In this document: positions 34,634 through 43,337 of the stretch, in pieces
Position numbering within the stretch: the stretch's first letter is position 1
Layout of the letters: each line of letters begins with the position of its first letter
DNA from: a virus
Taxonomy: Duplodnaviria; Caudoviricetes
Reading direction: 5' to 3' (one strand)
DNA length: 54,922 bases
IMG/VR virus record: IMGVR_UViG_3300028844_003773
Span: 1-54,922 of that record
Notes under the pieces: generated by a model
What the model was told of the DNA's origin: nothing
The model's input: only the letters and a program-made list of their open reading frames with translations
Database searches by the model: none
Program-made: the position numbers and the translations under genes

Positions 34634-36967
34634 TTATAATTTACATGCTTCACAGTCATCATCTTCAAACTCTGGCTCTGCTATGTATTGTTTTGCTATT
34701 TCTTGTAGTTGTTCGTCGGATCTTTTGACTCCCGCTTTATTTATTAAAGAATAATAAAAAGTCTTAAGTCCCCATTGATGTGCCTGCATTAAGTTTTTTG
34801 CAATTAATGTAGTAGGCACCTTTTGATCTTTAAAGTGTGCTGGATTGTAGAATGTATTTGTTGAAATACTTTGATCTACATATGCCGCTAACACTGATGC
34901 AGTTTTAAGATATGCATCACAATCTGTTTGCTCCCACATCAATTGATAAGAGTTTCTTACACGTTTAATATGATAGTCTGGTACTACTTGTGTCAATGAT
35001 CCTGCTTTACTTTCTTTAACAGAGATTAAACTCATTGGCATTTCAATACCGTTTGTTGAATTGATTACTACACTAGATGATTCTACAGGCGCAATCGCCA
35101 TTAGAGTCGCATTTCTAACACCATACTCTTTCATATCTTTTCGTAATGATTCCCAATCACATTCTGGCTTAAAGTTTGCTAATTTGTTTACACCTTTTGC
35201 TCTACGTTCCCAAGGGAATGTCCCTTTACCATACCATGTTTTATCACTATCTAAACACTTGCCTCTTTCTTTTGCCATTTCTACTGTTGCTTCTGTTAAG
35301 AAGAATGCTTGATGCTCCATCCATGCTTTAACATCTTGTAATGCATCTTTGTCACCATAGACGTAATCTCGTTTTGCATGCCAGTATGCTAAGTTAGTAA
35401 CACCAATACCCAACGGTTGTATTTCATCGTTACTTAACTTACTCTGAATCGACAAGAAATCTTGGTAATCTAAGATGTTACATAGACTTCTCTGAAGTAT
35501 ACGACATGCTCTACGCATGTCCTCAGGGTGTCTGAATGCTCCCCAGTTGATCGATCCCAGTGTACACAATGCAATACGTCCCTTATCGTCATCTAAACGT
35601 TTAAAAGGCTTTGTAGGCAATAATATCTCACAACACAAGTTGCTTTGATAGATCGGATGATCTGTGGTGTCGAACGGTCCTTGATTAGATACATTGTCTA
35701 CATAGACTAAGTACACCCTTCCTGTATCAGTTCTTTCTTTTAATATACCGGACTTAAATACTTCTTCTGCTGACATTACTTTTTTACGCAGGCTACGGGA
35801 CCTTTCATATTTGATATAAAGTTCCTCAAATTTAGCAGTATCTGAATAAAATGCTTCATAAAGATCAGGTACTTCATTTGGATCAAAGAATGTGATGTTT
35901 CCTTTGTCTTTGAATCGTTTCCAAAAGAATGCATTTAGACATACGCCATAGTCCATATGTCTAACTCTGGTTTCATCTGTTCCTTGATTGTTTTTAAGAA
36001 CGATTAAGTCATCAAATTGATGATGCCATATAGGATAAAATACTGTAGCACTCGCATTACGAATACCACCTTGAGAGCATGAACGTAAGTCTCCGAACCA
36101 CTTCTTAAGAAAGGGTATCATGCCCGTATGCATGATCTCTCCGCCTCTTATAGGTGCCCCTAGGGGTCTTAAACGACCTATTTCAAGACCTATACCTGCA
36201 CGTTTACTAGCATACTTAGCCATCATTTCACCTGATGCAAAGATACTATCTAAATCATCATCACTCTTAATAAGAACACATGAACTAAATTGTTTAGTAG
36301 GTGTTCCGAGCCCTGCAAGTACTGGAGTTGCAAGAGTGAATAGTCCATCACTAGCACAATTGTAATACTCTTTAATAAATCTCATTCTAGCAGATTCTGG
36401 TTCTTCTGTATGAAATACTGTTGCGGCGGCTACCATATATCTTACTTGAGGCGTCTCATAGATTTGACCAGTTGATCTGTTTCTTACAAGGTACTTACCA
36501 ATCATTTGTTCGACAGCGGCATAAGATGCATTTTCATCTTTCTCATGGTTGATCATCTTATCCATCTTGTTCCAGTCTTCTTCAGAATACCATTCAAGTA
36601 AATCTGTAGTATACAATCCTGCTTCCACGTTTTTCTTTACAATTTCATACAGAGACGGCGGTTGATATTGACCATATACATCTTTACGCAACATAGATAA
36701 ACGTTGTTTTCCTGCTACAAATTGATAATTAGTGTGTCCTGTTTCTGGTGCTTGTTCTTCATCGATAAGATCAACAATAGCACGTAAAGTAAGTTCATCA
36801 ATTTCTCTTGTTGTAATACCATCAAAAAAATGAGGTTGTGACGTAATCTCAATCATTGATTGCGATACATCTGAAACTCCTTCACATACTTTTGCTATTT
36901 GGGCTTGCCACTTTTCTAACTCTAACTCTACTATTTTTCCCGATCTTTTAGTGACTTTAATATTCAT
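34634..36967 (-). CDS. nrdA: Class Ia ribonucleotide reductase alpha subunit
   Basis: ATP cone, QFSSC, SNLCCEI, ALCTL, KTFYY, C-terminal CEAC; no intein or intron. Confidence 0.97.
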   Translation of the reverse strand: MNIKVTKRSGKIVELELEKWQAQIAKVCEGVSDVSQSMIEITSQPHFFDGITTREIDELTLRAIVDLIDEEQAPETGHTNYQFVAGKQRLSMLRKDVYGQYQPPSLYEIVKKNVEAGLYTTDLLEWYSEEDWNKMDKMINHEKDENASYAAVEQMIGKYLVRNRSTGQIYETPQVRYMVAAATVFHTEEPESARMRFIKEYYNCASDGLFTLATPVLAGLGTPTKQFSSCVLIKSDDDLDSIFASGEMMAKYASKRAGIGLEIGRLRPLGAPIRGGEIMHTGMIPFLKKWFGDLRSCSQGGIRNASATVFYPIWHHQFDDLIVLKNNQGTDETRVRHMDYGVCLNAFFWKRFKDKGNITFFDPNEVPDLYEAFYSDTAKFEELYIKYERSRSLRKKVMSAEEVFKSGILKERTDTGRVYLVYVDNVSNQGPFDTTDHPIYQSNLCCEILLPTKPFKRLDDDKGRIALCTLGSINWGAFRHPEDMRRACRILQRSLCNILDYQDFLSIQSKLSNDEIQPLGIGVTNLAYWHAKRDYVYGDKDALQDVKAWMEHQAFFLTEATVEMAKERGKCLDSDKTWYGKGTFPWERRAKGVNKLANFKPECDWESLRKDMKEYGVRNATLMAIAPVESSSVVINSTNGIEMPMSLISVKESKAGSLTQVVPDYHIKRVRNSYQLMWEQTDCDAYLKTASVLAAYVDQSISTNTFYNPAHFKDQKVPTTLIAKNLMQAHQWGLKTFYYSLINKAGVKRSDEQLQEIAKQYIAEPEFEDDDCEACKL

Positions 36968-36974
36968 TCTTTAC

Positions 36975-37412
36975 CTAATTTATTTTGTTATATAACATTT
37001 GGATGTCAATTTTTTTGACATTTTTGAAATCTGACAGCACAGTATTTACTACCGAATCTGGCCAGTAATTCAACACATATTTTGCGTTGTCTACTAGGAC
37101 TAATACAACCTCTGTATCAGTATAATCGATTGCTGAACACAAGTCAACATCTTTTATACCCAATATTGCCAAAGTATATATGTTACCTAAAGCACGTGCA
37201 TAAAAACAATAATGATTATCTTGTAAGAGTTGCCATGGATTGGGCCAATCTTTTATATCATGTGGATGTAGATAATAGTTATTTAATGGACATTGTTGCC
37301 AAAATTTATCTATTTCAATACATTGTTTTTCTAAATCTAACTCAGTGATACGTTGTCTTAACATGTACCATTCTGCCATTCTGGTGTCAAAAGACATCGT
37401 AAAAGTATTCAT
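36975..37412 (-). CDS. Hypothetical protein upstream of nrdA
   Basis: 145 aa, WPNPWQLL..N.YC; TAAGTA-N5-ATG start. Confidence 0.7.
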   Translation of the reverse strand: MNTFTMSFDTRMAEWYMLRQRITELDLEKQCIEIDKFWQQCPLNNYYLHPHDIKDWPNPWQLLQDNHYCFYARALGNIYTLAILGIKDVDLCSAIDYTDTEVVLVLVDNAKYVLNYWPDSVVNTVLSDFKNVKKIDIQMLYNKIN

Positions 37413-37463
37413 ACATATACTTATCTGATCTTAATTTAGTGAATTAATTATCCGTATATGGAA

Positions 37464-37483
37464 AGAGAGTCTTTCGACTCTCT
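37464..37483 (-). terminator. Hairpin after the fibre operon, probable terminator
   Basis: AGAGAGTC-GAAA-GACTCTCT with a short U-tail. Confidence 0.5.
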
Positions 37484-37525
37484 CTACATGTTAAGTGTGA
37501 CTTAACGATTCTAAGGTAGTTAGAA

Positions 37526-40500
37526 TTAGTTTTTACCTACGAGTACTTCGACTACGCCGTCTAGGCCATCATTAAATGATGAGATTGCTTTACCGATAAT
37601 AGTACCTGGTTTGATGTTTTCAGGATCACCTTTACATCCATATCCTGCATTTTCAGAAGTAACAATCAAATCACCTTGTGTGATTGGCCCCATTACTTTA
37701 CATGGTACACGTCCGATCAATGCTAATTCAACTACGAATTCGCCTTCACCTGCTGTACACTCTGCGTTATAGACTTGAGCAGGATTAGTTGTGATAATAC
37801 CTGCGACAGTGTGTGATGCATGTTGACCTGTTATTGATAGTTCTGCCTCTCCACCGAATACTACTACTGTTCCAGGCTCATAGTCTACGTCTGCTGTGTA
37901 TTTCTCCGCCAAGTCAGCATATGTTGCATTAAGTGTTGATCCACTTGTTAGAGTGTAGTCACCAGTAATAGTACCTGCTGTTGAACTAGACCCTGTAGTA
38001 ATTGTAGTAGACTGTAATGTTCCAGTATTAGTAGTTCCTGATACTGTTAATGAACCCAATGTACCTACAGAAGTGATGTTTGGTTGCGCCGCAGTAGTTA
38101 CCGTACCAGCAGTTGTTGCTGATCCTGCACTTCCTGCTGAACCAGTAACATTGATTCCCCATGAACCTGATGCTCCTGAACCAGTTGTACTTGGTGCACC
38201 GACTGTATTATAAGAGATAGTTCTTGCAGTACCACCGTTATAAGTTGTTCCTGAGGCTGCTCCTGAACCACCGTTATTAAATGTAACAGAGTTATCTACA
38301 CTTCCTGCTGTAGTTGCTGAACCTGCTGATCCACTTACTGAACCAGAGATCGTACCTGATACAGTTAATCCTGATAGTGTACCTAAAGAAGTGATGTTTG
38401 GTTGTGCCGCTGTTGATACAGTTGCCGCATATCCTGTTGTGTTCTGATTCAGAGTTGAAACGTATGCCGCTCCAATTGCTGTACCTTGCCATACACCTGT
38501 ATCGATTGTTCCCAATGATGTTAGTGATGAATCTACAACACTTGAATTAAGAACTGTACCAGTCAATGAACCTGCGCCTGCAGTAATTTCAACGTTAGCC
38601 GCCGCTGTCAGTTGACCTCTTGCGTTAACTGTGAATGTTGCATTATGAGTACCGTTACCATATGATGCGGCTGATACTGCTGTGTCAGTTATTGAGAACT
38701 CTGCACCAGTTAGTGTAAGTCCAGTTCCTGCTGTGAATGTACCAGCACCTGAGAACTGTACAAAATTAACTGGATCTGTTCCAACTGTTGATACTGGGTC
38801 TGTGTTAACAAAACCAGAATCATTTAGAGTTGTTCCTGTTGATATAAATGTAAAGTCACCGCCTGCGATCTCTGTTGGAGTATCAAAATCATCTGCTCTT
38901 GTTAGAACCGTAGATGATGTTTTAACATAGATACCGTTATTTGCTTGAGTTGCTTCGTCTTTAACGAGTATTCTTTCACCAGTACCGAATGATTCACCGT
39001 CGATTGTGTCAAAGTTACCTGAAGATGTTGTTAATGTTGCACCAACACCTGCTGTTCCATTGTCATAAGTGATTGTTCCACCAGTGATAGATGTTAATGT
39101 TCCTGTAGTACCAACGTCACAAGGAGCATGTACTGCCAATCCTTGAGCAACATCGTCAACGTACTGCTTAGTAGCGGCATCTGTTGCGGCTGTTGGTGTT
39201 GCTAGTTCTATAATTCTTGCTGAGTTTACATCAACTGAACCAGTACCTGTTGTTACTAATGAGATAGGCTGATTAGTACCTATTGCTGTAATTGTAACAC
39301 CTGAAGATTTACCAATGATCTCATCAGTTACAACGTTTGCTGTTGTATCAACGTTACCTGTAGTTACTACAGAACTTAAAGTACCTACTGAAGTAATATT
39401 TGGTTGTGCCGCAGTATATACTGTACCTGCGACTGCTGAGTTTGCTACTTGTCCTGTTACGTTACCGCCCACTACGTTTGATAAACCACCTGCATCACCT
39501 GTAAACACTCCTGTGTTTGCTGTGATTGCTGAAGCAGTAATTGTTCCGTTAACACCTAAGCCACTTAATGTGCCTAATGATGTAATGTTACCTTGTGCGG
39601 CTGTTGATACCGTTCCTGCTACTGAAGCAAGAGCAACTGTGCCAGAAACGTTTGCACCTGCTACTGCATTTGCAGTCGCCGCAAAGTCAACTTCACCAGT
39701 CACGTTAGCGCCTGCTACTGCATTTGCTGATGTTGCACTTGTTGCTAGTGCTACTGCACCTGATACATTTCCGCCTGCTACTGCATTTGCAGTTGCGGCA
39801 AATGTGACTTCACCTGTTACGTTTCCACCAGCAGTTGACGTTAAGTTAGCGCCATCTCCTGATACGTATGTAAATACACCACCTGTACCGTTAACATTTC
39901 CTGCCCCAACGTTACCTGTAACAGATAGTGAACCTAATGTTCCTACTGAAGTAATGTTAGTTTGTGAAGCAGTACCTAATGTACCGTTTAAAGTTGTTGC
40001 TGTTACTGTTGTTGCTGACAAGACATTAGTGTCTTTGTCAAATGTAAATGTTGAATCTGCTCCGAAGTCTCCGTCATCATTAAAGATAACTTCTGTGTTT
40101 GAACCTGCTGGCTGTTGAAAGTCAACTGGTGCTCCGTTTGCATAATAATAGTTGTCTGTTTTAATACCTGCTGTTGCAGTAATATTACCTGTTACGTTTA
40201 AGTAACCTGTTGTTGAAATACCTTCAGCATTATCAGTAGATTCGATCATAAAGATGTTTGCTTTACCTGCTGAACTCCATCTTAATGCGCCTGCTTCATT
40301 ATCTGCAACTTCCCATGTAATTGGGTTTTCTATAGTTCCGATACTTCCTTGTACAAGATACAAAGAATAGTTAGAAACACTTGAACCAGAAGCAAGACCG
40401 TATAAACCTACGTTCATACCACTAGCATGTACTCCGGCTGTTGTACCTCGTACACCTACTGCCGCTCCAGTATCAGTCGTGTCTCCGATTAGACCTTGAC

Positions 40501-41710
40501 CATAAACACCAGTACCTTTATCTGATCCGTCTGTTGCACCGTATCCGTATACACCGATACCGTTGATACTTGCTGATGAGTTTGCCGCGGCTTCACCAAC
40601 AACACCGATGTTATCACCTAATGATGAACCTGTGTTGTCTTTGCCGAATATTGCTGTTGCGTTTCCAAAATCTGATGCAGAACCTTCTCCACCAACAAGA
40701 CTTGTTAGTGTACCTACAGATGTGATATTTGCTTGAGCCGCATCAACTACTGTATTTGCTGTTGATGCATGTGTTGCATTTGCTACAGTGCCTGAGATAT
40801 TTGCGGCAATCACATTAGATAAACCACCTGCATCACCTATGAATACGTTACCATGAACGTTACCATATGTGTTAACTGAGATTACTTCGTCTGTGTTACT
40901 AACATCAGCACCGAAAATAAACTCTGATCCTGAGTTATCCCAACCCATAAATCCTACAATTGCACCACCGTCATAATATTGTAATGCTGTACCACGATCT
41001 TTACCATCATCTGTTGTAGGAGCCGCTCCGTTTGGGCCACCTCCCATTGTGATAATTGGATCTTCAACATCGAAAGAACTTACGTTGACATATGTTAAGT
41101 CACCGTTAACTGTTAAGTTTCCACCAATGATTCCATTTCCTGAAATATCTAAGTCTGTACCGCTTAATGTATTAGTTGCGTTGAGGTTTCCAGCATCTGA
41201 GTTACCTGTTACTGCTAGTGCGGTTAGGGTGCCAACACTTGTAATATTAGTTTGCCCGGCTGTTTGTATTTCACCTGTTAATGCAGTTGCAACAACATTA
41301 GTTGCTGATAGGGTATCAGTTGCTTTATCAAATGTAAACGTTGAATCTGCACCAAAATCACCTTCATCGTTGAAAATAACTTGAGTGTTTGAACCTGCTG
41401 GCTGTTGTAAGTCCCATGCAACTCCGTTAGCATATAAAAGATTGTCTGTTAATACTCTAGTAGCACCAACATTACCTGTTACAGTAAGAACACTAGTGGC
41501 TTTGTCAAACGTTAAGTTTGCATTGCCGCCGATTGCTTGGTCATCGTTAAAGAAGACTTGTGTATTTGACCCGCCTACTGTAGGAAACGATTCTACCGAT
41601 CCTGAACTTTTTTTGACTGACAGTACATCTGAATCACTTAAGAAGATTGTACCTTTTCCCGCAGCCGGGGTGGGGACTGATGCCGCCGTGTTTTGTTTTA
41701 ATATTAACAT
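37526..41710 (-). CDS. Long tail fibre with C-terminal autoproteolytic chaperone (Peptidase_G2-like)
   Basis: Fibre repeats; DAATKQYVD; YADLAEKY...GTVVVFGG...LIGRVPCKV...IIGKA. Confidence 0.85.
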   Translation of the reverse strand: MLILKQNTAASVPTPAAGKGTIFLSDSDVLSVKKSSGSVESFPTVGGSNTQVFFNDDQAIGGNANLTFDKATSVLTVTGNVGATRVLTDNLLYANGVAWDLQQPAGSNTQVIFNDEGDFGADSTFTFDKATDTLSATNVVATALTGEIQTAGQTNITSVGTLTALAVTGNSDAGNLNATNTLSGTDLDISGNGIIGGNLTVNGDLTYVNVSSFDVEDPIITMGGGPNGAAPTTDDGKDRGTALQYYDGGAIVGFMGWDNSGSEFIFGADVSNTDEVISVNTYGNVHGNVFIGDAGGLSNVIAANISGTVANATHASTANTVVDAAQANITSVGTLTSLVGGEGSASDFGNATAIFGKDNTGSSLGDNIGVVGEAAANSSASINGIGVYGYGATDGSDKGTGVYGQGLIGDTTDTGAAVGVRGTTAGVHASGMNVGLYGLASGSSVSNYSLYLVQGSIGTIENPITWEVADNEAGALRWSSAGKANIFMIESTDNAEGISTTGYLNVTGNITATAGIKTDNYYYANGAPVDFQQPAGSNTEVIFNDDGDFGADSTFTFDKDTNVLSATTVTATTLNGTLGTASQTNITSVGTLGSLSVTGNVGAGNVNGTGGVFTYVSGDGANLTSTAGGNVTGEVTFAATANAVAGGNVSGAVALATSATSANAVAGANVTGEVDFAATANAVAGANVSGTVALASVAGTVSTAAQGNITSLGTLSGLGVNGTITASAITANTGVFTGDAGGLSNVVGGNVTGQVANSAVAGTVYTAAQPNITSVGTLSSVVTTGNVDTTANVVTDEIIGKSSGVTITAIGTNQPISLVTTGTGSVDVNSARIIELATPTAATDAATKQYVDDVAQGLAVHAPCDVGTTGTLTSITGGTITYDNGTAGVGATLTTSSGNFDTIDGESFGTGERILVKDEATQANNGIYVKTSSTVLTRADDFDTPTEIAGGDFTFISTGTTLNDSGFVNTDPVSTVGTDPVNFVQFSGAGTFTAGTGLTLTGAEFSITDTAVSAASYGNGTHNATFTVNARGQLTAAANVEITAGAGSLTGTVLNSSVVDSSLTSLGTIDTGVWQGTAIGAAYVSTLNQNTTGYAATVSTAAQPNITSLGTLSGLTVSGTISGSVSGSAGSATTAGSVDNSVTFNNGGSGAASGTTYNGGTARTISYNTVGAPSTTGSGASGSWGINVTGSAGSAGSATTAGTVTTAAQPNITSVGTLGSLTVSGTTNTGTLQSTTITTGSSSTAGTITGDYTLTSGSTLNATYADLAEKYTADVDYEPGTVVVFGGEAELSITGQHASHTVAGIITTNPAQVYNAECTAGEGEFVVELALIGRVPCKVMGPITQGDLIVTSENAGYGCKGDPENIKPGTIIGKAISSFNDGLDGVVEVLVGKN

Positions 41711-41784
41711 TTCCTATTACCCTATTATAGTTAAATTTGCCTTTTCAGCATAATTCTATTTATCGTTATTTCCCGCATTGATTT

Positions 41785-43335
41785 TTAGTCTGGTACATAT
41801 GTACCCATTAAATTAACACTAGTACTGCTGTTTTCTGGTGTTGCTCTCAACAACACATTAGATCCTGATATTACAGTAGTCAATGATACTAAATCTGCTC
41901 CTGTAGTTGATATCGAACCATAAACTGTCATTATCGGAGTTACACCGTCATGTACTAAAAGTACTTCTATTGCTTGATAACCTGTGTTATCAGAAACTTT
42001 AAGTGTATATTTTGCTGATCTATATGAAGATGCGGCAAATGTATCAATTGTAGTGTTTGCACTACCTACTGAAACTGCTGTTCTACTACTATATAAATCA
42101 TCGACAGATAAAGTTGTCGAATTTAAATTATCTGCTGACACGTTACCACGTGCTGTTAATGTCTTTCCTGTACCACATATTACAACATTAGCATTTAAAC
42201 CAATGTTGACATCTGTCATTGTTGTTGTAAATACGCCGGCTGTTGTTGTGCCGGTATCTACAGAAATTGTACCTGCACTTGCACCTGAACCAAATATTAC
42301 TGATCCTGATGTAGATATATAATTGTTGCCAGATACATTGCCGGTTGCTGTTACTAATCCACTTGTTTTATTAAGTGTAAGTGTTGATGACCCGCCGAAT
42401 GTACTTCCGCCATCATTAAACTGAATTTGTGTGTCTGATCCGCCCGGATCTTGACCGAAATTAATAGGATCGCCGTTTGCGTAATAATAATTATCTGTTT
42501 TAATTCCTAATGATTCGACATTACCTGTTGTAGTTAAGACACCTGTTGATGCCATATTAAATACATCTGCTACTCCACCAACACCCATTGTGACTGCTGA
42601 TCCTGTTGAGTCTATTGATACATTAGATGTACCATTAAAGATTGCAGTATGATCAAAGTCTGCTGAGCCTTCAAAAATAAACTGACCACCGTCGCCATTA
42701 GTCATTACCATAGCGCCGTTTGCGGCTTCTTGTATTAGTCCATCACCAATAAAAATAGATGATCCTGCTAGATATAAATCATTCCAACGTGATGTAGATG
42801 AACCTAAATCATATGTAACATTTGCACTAGGAATAATGCTTCCTGTTGGATTAATATTACCTGGTACATCTAAGTTACCAGACGTTATATTAAATGTAAA
42901 TCCTGTATTACCATAGAATGTACCTGAATTATCAAAATATATTTGTGATGATTCTGCATTTTGAGAAACACCTACTTCGATAAGAATACCTTCTACATCT
43001 AATTCGCCATCAATTTCGATAGGTTGTGAAAATAGACCCTGAAGATTAGCACCAATTTGATATGATTCAGATGAATTAATAATATAAGGCATGACTGCGG
43101 CTGTGTTTGCCGCAAGACCTGCAGAACCAAATGATAGTCCACCAGATCCATCTGTAATTAATGCTTGATTTGCGGAGCCTCCAGTAATTGTAACATTGCC
43201 GATCGCACCGAGATCAGATAGTCCAGCACTAACGTCTAAGTTAGTTGGTGTAACGTTACCTACGTTACTGACTATCTCAACTGGTGTTTCGGCTACTGAG
43301 AACCCGCCAACTGAATTGAAGGACCTAATTGCCAT
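41785..43335 (-). CDS. Tail fibre/structural protein
   Basis: GGSDTQIQFND, YDLGS..RW..LY; C-terminal DTF..SSYRSAKY...EVLLVHDG domain. Confidence 0.8.
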   Translation of the reverse strand: MAIRSFNSVGGFSVAETPVEIVSNVGNVTPTNLDVSAGLSDLGAIGNVTITGGSANQALITDGSGGLSFGSAGLAANTAAVMPYIINSSESYQIGANLQGLFSQPIEIDGELDVEGILIEVGVSQNAESSQIYFDNSGTFYGNTGFTFNITSGNLDVPGNINPTGSIIPSANVTYDLGSSTSRWNDLYLAGSSIFIGDGLIQEAANGAMVMTNGDGGQFIFEGSADFDHTAIFNGTSNVSIDSTGSAVTMGVGGVADVFNMASTGVLTTTGNVESLGIKTDNYYYANGDPINFGQDPGGSDTQIQFNDGGSTFGGSSTLTLNKTSGLVTATGNVSGNNYISTSGSVIFGSGASAGTISVDTGTTTAGVFTTTMTDVNIGLNANVVICGTGKTLTARGNVSADNLNSTTLSVDDLYSSRTAVSVGSANTTIDTFAASSYRSAKYTLKVSDNTGYQAIEVLLVHDGVTPIMTVYGSISTTGADLVSLTTVISGSNVLLRATPENSSTSVNLMGTYVPD

Positions 43336-43337
43336 TA

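Noticed and set aside
33521-36967. Intron, intein or homing endonuclease in nrdA/nrdB
   Set aside because: Both ORFs are uninterrupted and of normal length.
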